A stretch of DNA of 64,000 nucleotides from Octopus vulgaris (lineage: Eukaryota). The translations under genes and the position numbers were made by a program. This document shows, in pieces, positions 52,592 to 64,000 of this stretch. Below the pieces are notes generated by a model that saw nothing but the letters and a program-made list of their open reading frames with translations, searched no databases and was not told the DNA's origin. The DNA is taken from NCBI GenBank assembly GCA_951406725.2, contig OX597820.1, forward strand, positions 25,048,001-25,112,000, read 5' to 3'. Each line of letters starts with the position of its first letter. The stretch's first letter is position 1.

Positions 52592-53746
52592 TATCTGCTT
52601 TCCATGCTGGCATGAGTTGAATAAAAATATAAACATTCCTTTGTCAGGATTGAAACCCAAACCTCCTGGGTGAATCCCAGGACACCTACTACCCCCTAGA
52701 CCACATGTGAAGTTAAATAGTGACGACAGCGATATCTAATATAGAATAATTATTAGTACCACTCACTGCATTTCTAGTGGCATGTATACGAAGAGAGTGT
52801 GATTTGAAAAAGGTATATTGCTGTTTCTAGCAAATCAAGTGACAATTTAGTGATTTTCATTCAGAAGGTTGTGACTCACCCTAATTAAAACTTTTGTTAT
52901 TTTATTTCTATATATATATATACTGATTTTGTTTCAATTAATTTTTAAAATTATGATGATATTAGTAAAATAACATTGTCATTATTAAGCTGGTTTCTGG
53001 AACAAATTAGCAAAATTTTGATGGAAGATTATAATATTCCTACGGGTACTCCATCTGTCATGATGATGAGAGTTCCAGTTGGTTCGATCAACAGAAAAGC
53101 CTGCCCTGGAAATTAATGTGCAAGTGGCTGAGCACTCCACAGACATGCTACCTTTAATGTAGTTCTCAAGGAGATTCAGAGTGGCACATAATGTGACAAG
53201 ATTGCACCTTTGAATTATAGGCACAACTCATTCTTACCAGGTGAGAAGACTGGAGCAATGTGAAATAAATTGTGTTGCTCAAAGACACAATGCACTACCA
53301 GGAATTGAACTTATGACCTTACAATCGTGGGCTGAATGCTCTAACCACTGAGCTATGCACCTTCACTTTAAACAGTAAGCCTGTCTCATAAAATCAGGGA
53401 CAGTCTCAGGCAGGTTGGTATCAAAAGAGTTAAATAAGTGTAAGTAAAGTTTGAACTCTAAATCAAGATCAGCAATTTGGTTTCAAATTTTGGCAGAATT
53501 TCAGTAATTTCTGGGGAGGGACTAAGTCAATTAGATTGACCCCAGGGTTTAACCCCTTCATTACCAACCCGGCTGAAACCGGCTCTGGCTCTGAGTACAA
53601 ATGTCTTGTTTTCATAAGTTTTTAATTAAAATCTTCCACCAAACTTTAGTCACAATTTATGTTCCTAATACTAGCTGAATGATAACTAAGTTATTTTACT
53701 AAATTCTTTGTTATATTTAAAGTAATTGAAAGAAAATATTACTTAC

Positions 53747-53834
53747 AAAAGGGTAGATGAGGGCAGAAATAATTCTGTTAAATCCTTCAAACATCCTTTC
53801 CCATAACATTTCCTTACTTGGTTTTTCATGTTTT
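53747..53834 (-). CDS. FAAH: FAAH-like exon (equivalent to exon 10)
   Basis: tttcag|...|gtaagt, 88 bp, phase 2/0. (I)KHEKPSKEMLWERMFEGFNRIISALIYPF; phase matches the previous exon. Confidence 0.8.
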
Positions 53835-55906
53835 CTGAAAAAAACAAGAGGGAGAAAAAATTATAAAAGTACATGCATGGGTGTGTGGTTAAGGAGCTTG
53901 CTTTGCAACTGTGTGGTTTCAGGTTCAGTCATTATGTATAGCACCTTGGACAAACACCTTCTGTTATAGCATGAGGTTGACCAATGCCTTGTGTGTGAAG
54001 TTGGGAGATGGAAAGTGTGGAAGCTCATCATGTGCGTGTGTGTGTGTGAGAGAGAGTGTGTGTGCATGTGTGTGTGTGTGAGAGAGAGAGAGAGTATGTG
54101 TGTGCATGTGTCTTTATATTCCCCCACTCATTGCTACTTGACAACCAGTATTGGTTTGTTTATGTCCCTGTAACTTAGCAGTTCAGCAAAAGCAACTGAT
54201 AGAATAAAAACCTAACACAAAATATAAGTACTGGTATCCATTTATTTGATTAAATTCTTCAAGCCTGGACCCCACCATGGCTACAGTTCAATGACCAAAA
54301 CAATTAAAAGGTAAAATAAAAGCTATAATATATAGTAATATTCCTTTCTACTATAGATACAAGGCCATAAATTTGGGGGGAGGGGGCAAGTTGATTACAT
54401 TAACCCCAGTGTCCAACTGGCATTTATTACATTGACCCCCACAAGAGCACCTAAGGCAAAACTAATATATATAGTAATATTAGCTTCAAATTTTGGCACA
54501 AGGTCAGCAATTTTAGGGGAGGGGTAAGTTGACTGCATTGACCCGAATGCTCAATTGGTCCTGATTTTATCAGCTCCAAAAGTATGAAAGGCAACGTCAT
54601 CTTTGGCGGGATTTGAACTCAGATAGTAAAGATGGATGAAATGCTGCTAAGCACTTTGACAGACATGCTGACAATTCTGCCAGCTTGCGACCGGATAATT
54701 TATGTTAATAATGGTTTCAATCTTTGGCACAAAGCCAGCATGCTTGGGCATGGGTTAAAGTCAGTTACATCAACTCTAGCCCTCAATTGATCCTTATTTT
54801 ATCAACCCTGAAAGGATGAAAGGCAAAGTTGACCTTGTCAGAATTTGACCTCAGAACATAAAGATGGTCAAAATGTCACCAAGCATTTTAACCAGTATGC
54901 TAATGATTCAGCCAGCTCACCACCCTATGATATATAGTAATATTTAAAACATAAAATGCCAAGCAAAATGCTTAGTGGTCTTTCATCTGTCTTTATGTTC
55001 TGAGTTTAAATTCCACCAAGGTTGACTTTGGCTTTCATATTTCCAGGCTCAATAAAATAAGTACCAGTTGAGAACAGGGGTTAATGTCATCAACTCCCCA
55101 CTCCCCCAAACATGCTGGGCTTGTGCCAAAATTTGAAACCAATATTAAAACATAACTTACAGTTTATATTCTATTTCAGTTTAAAACAATAAACGTCGCC
55201 CTTCTCAAGCCTAGCGAGGCTCATGGGCCCGGTTTCCCAGTTTCTGAGGCGTATGTGTTCCCTCCAGATGGACGGGATGCCAGTCCGTCACAGCATTACT
55301 CAAGAAACAGAAAGAAAGAGTGAGAGAATGTTGGGGTGAAAGAGTACAATAGGGGTCACCACAACACCCTGCCGGAGCCTCGTGGAACTTTTAGGAGTTT
55401 TCGCTCAATAAACACACACAACGCCCGGTCTGGGAATCAAAACTGTAATCCTCCGACCGCGAGTCCGCTGCCCTAACTACTGGGCCATTGTGTCTCCACA
55501 TTTTAGTTTAAATGTAACCCTTATTATTATTATGTTGAGAGAAATATTTTTTCGATATTTTGGTAACTTATATGCTTTATCCATTAAATTACAACAAAAG
55601 CAGCCAAGCATTCAAAGTAGAGGTCATTGTGCTGCACCATCTGAAGCCACCTTTCTGCCAGTTCTCTAATCCCATGCTGATACCAGTTCTTGTCCTTTGA
55701 GGGCAAAGAGCTCTTTCACTGAAACTTCCACCTCTACTTGGTTGATGAAACGTGCTTAGCTGATATTTATTTCATCAAGTCCATCTTTTCAGGGTTAATG
55801 AAATAAGCACCAGTTATGCACTGGAGTCAATATAATCAACTAACCCCCTCTCCTCAAATTTCAGGCCTTCTGCCTATAGCAGAAAGGATTATTATTGTTG
55901 TAGTTG

Positions 55907-55949
<43 letters not shown>

Positions 55950-57313
55950 ATTTTCGTTAATACCCTTTCATCATTGTTATCATCATCATCATCATCATAA
56001 TGTCTATTTTCCATGCTAGCATGGGTGGGATGTTACCACAAGAGCTGGCCAGGCCAAAGCTTGCACCAGACCTCTGTAACTGTTTTGGCAGGATTTTTAC
56101 AGCTGGATGTCCTTCCTAATACCAACCACTCAGCAGAGTGGACTTAGTGCTTTTTTATGTGAAATGAAATATTTTGCTCAAGAACACAACACATCGCCTG
56201 GTCCAGGAATCAAAACCACAATCTTATGATCATGAACCCAACACTCTAATCACTAAGCCATTTGCCTCAACAAAAAATATTCTTTGATACATTGAAAGTG
56301 TGCATCTATAATAGTACTTATGATGTAGTGATCCAATCCCAAGATATTATCTATGTAATTTTGGCCATCCAGTCTTAACTTAAGATACTTATACAATTAT
56401 TAGAAGGTTTCATAAGGCGGCAAGCTGGTAAAACCGTTAGCATGCTGAGCAAAATGCTTGACAGCTTTTTGTCCGTCTTTACATTCTGATTTCAAATTCT
56501 CCCACAGTCTACTTTGGAGTAAGTTTATAAAATGTTTTCCCAAACCCTCTTGGCACCATGGATCCTTTTATAATATTTCCCTATTATCACAGATTCCCAT
56601 GCTAAAATAGATTTCTGTAATGTGACTTCCATTGGTCGGGTGATGAACACCAGGGTCGACGTAGTAGATTTACCTGCTTTCTCAAAATTATAGGACTTGT
56701 GCTAAAATTTGAAACCAATAATCAGAAGGTTTCATAGAATGTTGATAAATTAAATTGACACAAGAAAGGAAAATCTTAAATTTTAGGCTCTTGGTTTCAA
56801 CAGAGAATAAAAGAAGACAGAAGTGTTTCCTATATCATCATCATCTTCATCATCATCATTGTTTAACATCCGCTTTCCATGCTAGCATGGGTTGGACAAT
56901 TTTGACTGAGGGCTGGCAAACCAGACGGCCGCACCAGGCTCCAATCTTGATCTGGCAGAGTTTCTACAGCTGGATGTCCTTCCTAATGCCAACCAGTCTG
57001 AGAGTGTAGTGGGTGCTTTTTACGTGCCACAAGCACAGGGCCAGTCAAGCAGTACTGGCATGCCTCGCTCAAATCTTTTTACACATGCCACTGGCACAGG
57101 TGCCAATAAGGTGACGTTGGTAACGATCACGCTCGAATGGTGCCCTTTTACATGCCACCGGCACCAACATCTGTATTTCTTTTCTTCTCTGAGCAAGAGC
57201 TTGAAACAGACATTTTGCTCCTTATAATAATCAAATTTATTGGAATAATTATTGTCAACACAAACCCTCACAAGTTTCTTGAAACTCTGGACTTTGCTCC
57301 ATACAATACTTAC

Positions 57314-57405
57314 ATATATCTGGTCTTTACTCGGCCATCCAACCACAATATTTTCACTGCCAAACACAAAGCATCCAAAACTCTGGGTGGAGTAAATTCA
57401 ATCAT
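57314..57405 (-). CDS. FAAH: FAAH-like exon (equivalent to exon 9)
   Basis: tttcag|...|gtaagt, 92 bp, phase 0/2. MIEFTPPRVLDALCLAVKILWLDGRVKTRY. Confidence 0.85.
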
Positions 57406-57873
57406 CTGAAATTTAAATAAAACAGCAACATTTTTTGGTGGTGTATTCTTCACTACAGCAGCAAATATAATATATACAGTCTCCTGACAGACTTTTTCAT
57501 GGTTTGTTGGCTGTTCCTCAAAGGAGACATCTGGTGCCTTTCATCAATGAATAACATTGAATAACGAGCTACCACATAGAGCAGTCAGTCATAAATTTGG
57601 TAAGCACCATTTTGGATAACTTAATTTGTATAATTGTGCTTTTTACAGTTGTTATTAATTACATAATATGTTCTTTAAGCACAACACAGAGTGAATTAGG
57701 ACTGAAATGTATTTAAATGTCATAAAGTCTGACTAGGAATAACTGAAAAATTGAGACATACACGCATACATATATGTATATATGTATGTATGTATATGTA
57801 TATATATATATATGCACACACACACACACACATTAAACGAAGTACACAGTACTATATATTCATTACAGCTGAT

Positions 57874-57953
57874 TCTAACAATGAGTTTCGCACTAGGGGT
57901 TCAACAGAATGTTAGGTAACATTCCAGCTATGTAACCCTGCGCTCTTCAGAGA
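57874..57953 (-). ncRNA. candidate hammerhead motif H4, intronic and sense to the FAAH-like gene
   Basis: TCT-CTGAAGA-GCGCAGGG...CCCT(A)GTGC-GAAA-CTCATT-GTT-AGA on the minus strand, with an internal hairpin GAATGTTA/TAACATTC. Confidence 0.55.
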
Positions 57954-58758
57954 TGCCAGTCATGGAATGAATTATGACAACTATTGTTGTGGTTGTTGTG
58001 AAAAAGATGATGAAACAAATGGAGCAAGGCTTAAGTTAAGAGTTATATCACTTGGTACCAAAAGCACCTACTTTTGGGGTGTTGCAAATTGGCAGAATTT
58101 TCTGGAAAAGAGTTTAGGAGAAATGTATGTATCTTTAAGATTGGTACTCTTGTAGAAATGGAATGTGTATAGTGATAATATATATATAGTGTTTGCTAAA
58201 CATACATACATACATACATACATACATACATACATACATACATACATACATACATACATACATACATACATGTATGTATGTATGTATGTGTCTATGTTTG
58301 ATCAAACAGCCATCAGAGAAAAAAATGTTAGTGAGGATGGGTTGTCTGCCCTGGATCAGCAATTAATTAGAAGTGGGGATCTATTTCATAAGGTCTGTAT
58401 GTATGTATGCATACGACAAGCTTCTTTCAGTTTCTGTCCACACACAAGGTTTTGGTCAGCCTGAGGCTATAGTAGAAGACACTTGCCCAAGGTGCCACGC
58501 AATGGGACTGGACCTTGAACCATGTGGTTGGTAAACAAGCTACTTACCACACAGCCACTCCTGTGCCTATATATGATTTTTTTTTTTCACTGGATGATGT
58601 AGTGGCTAAAGCTATAAATAATAGTGTGTAAATATTGGGTTAAAAACCATTGGTTATCTACAAAATATAACTTATAGTTTTATCCATTTCAAGTTCTACG
58701 GCCAAGAAAGAATTTATTTTATATCTCTCAAAGTTTTTAAATTCATATGACATGAACA

Positions 58759-58790
<32 letters not shown>

Positions 58791-58841
58791 ATGTGTGTGT
58801 GTGTGTGTGTGGTGTGTGTGGTATGTGTGTGTGTGTATATA

Positions 58842-59245
58842 TTAGGTTGTCAAGAAAGTTCTTGCAGTTTTTAATCTTTAAATTCAGATGCACATATCTT
58901 GGCTTAAACAAAACTTAATTAATCGAAATAAACACCATCAGAATCAACACACTTTTGTCAGCACGAAACAAGTTTATTTATGCCAGTAACGTAAAAATCC
59001 TACGTTCTGGTGGTGATGAAGTAATTGAAGGTGTGTTTGGTATTGTCTTGGTTTTTGAAGCATGCAGGAAGTTGTCAAGATGTTTGAAAAAGTGATAGTT
59101 GGTAGGCAAAAGGTCTTGTGAGTTTGGCAGATGAGGCAGAGTTTTGTAGCCCAATTCATTCAACTTCTGCAGGGTCAGTTGGACGATGTGTGGCTGAGCG
59201 TTGTCATGGAGAAGAATTGGTCCTTTTCTATTGACCAATGGTGGT
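58842..59245 (-). mobile_element. mariner 3' fragment with TIR
   Basis: GPILLHDNAQPH...LPHLPNSQDLLPTNYHFF; TIR TTAGGTTGTCAAGAAAGTTCTTGC. Confidence 0.85.
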
Positions 59246-59452
59246 GTCACACAAATGGCACCTGTGCCAGTGGAATGTTACAGCACCCATTACATTTTTG
59301 GAGTGGTTAGCATTAGGAAGGGTGTCCAGCCATAGAAACCATGCTAAATCAGACTGGAGTCTGATGCAGCCTTCCAGCTTGCTAGCTCCGGTCAAACCAT
59401 CCAACCCATGCCAGCATGGACAATGGACGTTAAATGATGATGATGATGATGA

Positions 59453-59487
<35 letters not shown>

Positions 59488-59655
59488 AAAGTAAGATAGG
59501 GGTTATGGGTGTAACCCACTATGGGATAGCATTTATCCAATATGCTGTTTGTACAGTACCCAGATTCTTAATGCATAAATTTTTTAATTGCAATGCAATT
59601 AACTCATTTATTGTATTAAATGGGTGAAGGTAAAGAAATATTTTTACTGTAAGTT

Positions 59656-59984
59656 TATAATACAAATAAGAAAATGGAGAAGCAAATTTAGTTTGTTCAT
59701 CAACTTTTGGATATTATAAAGTTGGATTATTTATTCATTTAACAAAATGAGAACCTTAATAGCATACAGATATATTTTATAATTCAATACATATAAGATA
59801 AGAATACAAATTATAAAAATCTATAATTTGCATTCTTATCTTATATCTTATATGTATTGAATTTTAAGATACATATGTATGCTATTTATGTTCTCATTTT
59901 GTTAGATGAATAAATAATCCAACATTATGATATCCGGAAGTTGATGAGCAAACTAAATTTGTTTCTTCATTTTCTTATTTGTAT

Positions 59985-59988
<4 letters not shown>
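59656..59988. repeat. AT-rich imperfect palindrome (arms about 160 bp) next to (TA)n
   Basis: TATAATACAAATAAGAAAATG... / ...CATTTTCTTATTTGTATTATA, centre near 59818. Confidence 0.85.
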
Positions 59989-60016
<28 letters not shown>

Positions 60017-62380
60017 TATACCTTTGCCTGAATTCATTAACACATATATGTGTCAGTTAAAGGTGGCAAAACAAAATCAAACAATGCTGTCAGTCATACA
60101 AATAATTTCAAAGTTAGCAAAGTTATGAATAGAATAATAGAAAGAATGAGCAAGCACATGAAGATATAGTGTTTTGTTAGCAACGTGGGAATATAGTCTC
60201 TCATCCTAATTATTATTTGCACAATTGCATATCTCTCGGGCTTCCGCTATGCTAATGATCTTGCCATCACAATGAAGAATGAGCATGTGACCATCAAAGA
60301 TGATGGAAGCCACTTGCTAATTTGTTCCAGTTGTGCTTCTCAACCACATGGTTTCAGGTTCGGTCACACTGCACTGCTCTTTAGGCAGGTGTCCTCTAAT
60401 ATAGCCTCAGGCCAACCAAAAAATTGTGAGTGAATCTAGTAGGCAGAACATCTGTTATGTGTGAAAGATTAGAGAGGATGGATGATACACAACCCAAGAA
60501 GATCAGTGACTTCAAGAACATTGGGTTTGACATTACTCACAGTAAGAAAAACATTTTCAGCCTGAAGTGCCTGTAACAAACTTCAAAACATTTGCAATTA
60601 AATATTTCAAATTAACAAGGCTTGCTGTTTTCAGAGTGTCTGTAGAGAGGATTCTTCTTTGTGGAATAAAACCTGAAGAATGAAGAAACTTCAAGACTGC
60701 TTTGATGTTTCAAAATATCTCATGATGAGAACATAAAACCAAAGAGATTTATAGACACATTTTACTCATCTCTACTACTACTACTATTGTACAGTGCAAC
60801 ATAGGCTTTGTTAGCCACTGCTAGCATGCTGAACAAGAGGCCATATTGGATGTTGTGTTTTGGAGACATTCACATCCTAATAGAAGAAAAAGACCATTCA
60901 ACTAAATTAATGTTATTGACAGAGACACGTAACACGAAACTGATGTTCTACCAAAACTAATGGAAAACAGCTTCTTGGTCCTGCATTGTGAATTGCATCT
61001 AGATTGTGGTTGGTTGAAGGATACAAATGAAATGGTACCCAATTCCTTCTGAAAAGATTCTTGATAGATTGCCTGTTAGGATAGACATAGGTACTTTCCA
61101 GAAAATGACAATATAAGAATCTATAAATATTCTGGCATTCTCACACAGCATTTGATAACCTTGAATATTTCCATGTATGTTTTCCAAATTATATCTTGTT
61201 ATTTTCAAGTAAATAATAACCATAGTAATTGTTTGTACTTGAGGTACAAGACTAATTTTAAAGAGAGTGGTCTAGTTGATACCACTGATCCTTAGTATTT
61301 GACAAATGTTTTATTTTATCAACCCCAAAAGGATGAAAGACAAATTTGAGCTTGGTGAGATTTTAACCCATAATGTAAAAAATCAGAAGAAATCTGCAAT
61401 TCATTTTCTCTGATATTCTAATGATTCTGCCATTCCATTGCCCTTATTATAAATATAATAATAAAGACCTGTAAATAGAGACAGCCAGAGTGTGTGCGGC
61501 AAGATGGCAGAAACGATAGCACGCTTGGTGAAATACATAACGGTATTTCGTCTGCCGCTATGTTCTGAGTTCAAATTCCACCAAAGTCGACTTAGCCTTT
61601 CATCCTTTTGGAGTCGATTAAATAAGTACCAGTTACACACTGGGGTCAATGTAATCGACTTAATTCTTTTGTATGTCCTTGTTTGTCCCCTCTATGTTTA
61701 GCCCCTTGAGGGCAATAAAGAAATTAGAATGTGTGGGGACAAATGTAGAAACAGTCTTCATAATATTAAGTGCCTTAGGAATGAAAAGGGATGCACACAA
61801 ATACACAATCAAAAGCCAAGAATTTATACACTGACATAGCTCACAGAAAATATTATTATAAAGTAGTGCATGCATATAATATAATAAATACTTTATATGC
61901 AATAGAAAAACACATGAGAAAAGAAAGAAAAAAAAACAAAGTTGTACTGGAAACACACAGAAAGCTGGGTTAATTTGTGCTGTGAAAGCATGCAATAAAA
62001 AACATTGATAATAATAACAACAGAATCCTCTGAAAGATTCTGAAGATTTGAGGAGACTTGTTGGCACCAAACCTGAAGGCAACGTCCTTGCTAAAAACGG
62101 TAATAATAATAATAATAATCATTCTTTCTACTAAAGGTACCAGGCCTGAAATTTGTGGGGAGGGGACTAGTCGATTACATCAACCTCACTGTTTCACTGG
62201 TATTTAATTTAGCGACCCCAAAAGGATGAAAAGCAAAGTTGACCTTAGCAGAATTTGAAATTAGAAAGTAGCAGCCAACAAAATACCGCTAATTATTTCA
62301 CCCGACATACTAACGATTCTGCCAGCTCGCCACCTTAACAATAATAATAATAATAATAGCAACAACAAAAGCATACTTAC

Positions 62381-62506
62381 TGTATGTCCCTTAGCCTCCA
62401 ATGCTTTCTTTGCCACAAGAACTGCTCTCTGGCAGGCTGGGGTAGTATTAGCTACATTATCAGTTACATAATATCCAATCCGCAGGTTTTTCTTGCTTTC
62501 AAACAG
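62381..62506 (-). CDS. FAAH: FAAH-like exon (equivalent to exon 8)
   Basis: ttccag|...|gtaagt, 126 bp, phase 0/0. LFESKKNLRIGYYVTDNVANTTPACQRAVLVAKKALEAKGHT contains the LRxGYY...RAV...LEAxGHT signature. Confidence 0.93.
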
Positions 62507-62769
62507 CTGGAAAATAAAAGAAAAATGAATTCATTCTTATAATTAGAGAAGGGAGCTGCTACAACCATCAATTCAGTAAATTTATAAGAATATAAATGAA
62601 TGTATTGAGAATGGCACAAATGAATGGACTTACTCTAAGCATGTGCCTATAGGCTGAAAATTACAGAAGAGACAGGAACATTTGCTATGGTGCCCTCGGT
62701 GAGCAGGGTGGTTTGAGATCTGTGGTGTTCCTTGGTTGCCCCAAAAGCACTACTGTATCAGCAGAATTG

Positions 62770-62808
<39 letters not shown>

Positions 62809-62904
62809 ATTAATATTGTATATCATCATTTAATGCCTGTTGTCCATGTTAGTATGGGTTGGACTATATATATTGATATATATATATATATATATATATA
62901 TATC

Positions 62905-63163
62905 TGGCTTCTGTGCCAGTGGCACGTAAAAAGCACCTACCAAATCGTGGCCGCTGCCAGCCTCTCCTGGCGCCTGTGCCGGTGGCACGTAAATAGTACC
63001 CACTACACTCACGGAGTGGTTGGTGTTAGGAAGTGCATCCAGCTGTAGAAACACTGCCAGATCAGACTGGAGCCTGGTGCAGCTTCCTGGCTTCCCAGAC
63101 CCCGGTCGAACCGTCCAGCCCGTGCTAGCACAGAAAACGGACGTTAAACGATGATGATGATGG
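62905..63163 (+). mobile_element. RTE 3'-tail fragment
   Basis: GGCACGTAAAAAGCACC...ACGGACGTTAAACGATGATG. Similar tails at 15200-15860, 40860-41060, 56860-57170 and 59250-59455. Confidence 0.8.
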
Positions 63164-63513
63164 TGTATGCTTTCTTCCTTTTTAAATCATTGGATTTATG
63201 ATGATGGTGTTGATGGTTGTGGTGGTAATGGAGGTGGTGGTGGTGGTGGTGGTGGTGGTGATGGTGGTGGGTGGTGGTGGTGGTGGTAGTGGTGGTGGCG
63301 GTGGTGGTGATGGTGGTGGTAGTGGTCATTGTAATTATCATCATTATCATCTTTGTCAACATCGTCGCTGTCATCACCATGGTGTGACGGTGATGGCACT
63401 GATGACAGTGGTCCTGGTAACAGTGGTGGTGAAGATTATGATGTTGCAGTCTAGCAAAAGCTACAATAATAATTCTGAAAGATGTACGAAGATCAACAAA
63501 ATGCATTCCTTAC

Positions 63514-63638
63514 ATGATCCTGGAATTTTATTGGTGATATTTGGGGATCCATTTCAAAAACTTCCTGAGAGAATAATGCTTTTGCTGCAACAATTAAACC
63601 ATCACTAGTCTGTGTCATTGGACCAATGGAATCCCCAA
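63514..63638 (-). CDS. FAAH: FAAH-like amidase, internal exon (equivalent to human exon 7)
   Basis: ttgcag|...|gtaagg, 125 bp. Translates (V)GDSIGPMTQTSDGLIVAAKALFSQEVFEMDPQISPIKFQDH, resembling human FAAH 'SVGPMARDVESLALCLRALLCEDMFRLDPTVPPLPFREE' (recalled from memory). Confidence 0.9.
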
Positions 63639-64000
63639 CTGCAATTAAAAAAATAATAAATGTTTCTTTCTAATTTTGGCAAAAGACCAGCAATTGTGTG
63701 GGGAAGAGTTAAGTTGATTATATTAACCCCCAGTAATTGACTGGTGCTTATTTTATTGACCCCAAATGATGAAAAGCAAATATAACCTCAGCCAAATTTG
63801 AACTCAGAACATGTGATAAAGAAAAACTGCTAAGCATTTTTTCCAATGTGCTAACAATTCTGTCAACTCACTACCCTTGAATTTTGCCTTAGTGTAGTCC
63901 TTGATACACTATTCCTGAAACAGATATATATGTTCTGAGTTCAGATCCTGCTGAAGTCAACTGTGCCTTTCATCCCTTTAGGATCAATGAAATTAAGTAC

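Noticed and set aside
52255-52620. Poly-Asp, poly-Ile and poly-Met ORFs
   Set aside because: Translations of the (ATC)n microsatellite.
63144-63608. His/Thr/Val/Gly-rich ORFs
   Set aside because: (GGT)/(GAT)n repeats; the real coding sequence here is the minus-strand exon 63514-63638.

Overview
Repeat-saturated, AT-rich eukaryotic genomic DNA. The SINE families, RTE and Dong LINEs and microsatellite content point to an octopus or other cephalopod; this is an inference. One host gene is clearly readable: the 3' half of a fatty acid amide hydrolase (FAAH)-like amidase on the minus strand. It has nine GT-AG coding exons from 63638 to the stop at 38960, and their phases chain in frame; the catalytic 5' exons lie beyond the right edge. 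The rest is transposon-derived: tRNA-headed SINEs, RTE, R4/Dong and CRE-like LINE fragments, mariner and hAT relics, MITEs and a decayed Ty3/Gypsy element. The most striking signal is at least four unrelated small non-coding elements carrying minimal type-I hammerhead ribozyme motifs (nine motifs read directly). Three of them are arranged as a palindrome, a head-to-head pair or a tandem-plus-inverted array, and several sit inside (TA)n tracts. They look like a set of Penelope-type non-autonomous retrozymes, one with a tRNA-derived head. Most entries in the ORF track are microsatellite or repeat artefacts.
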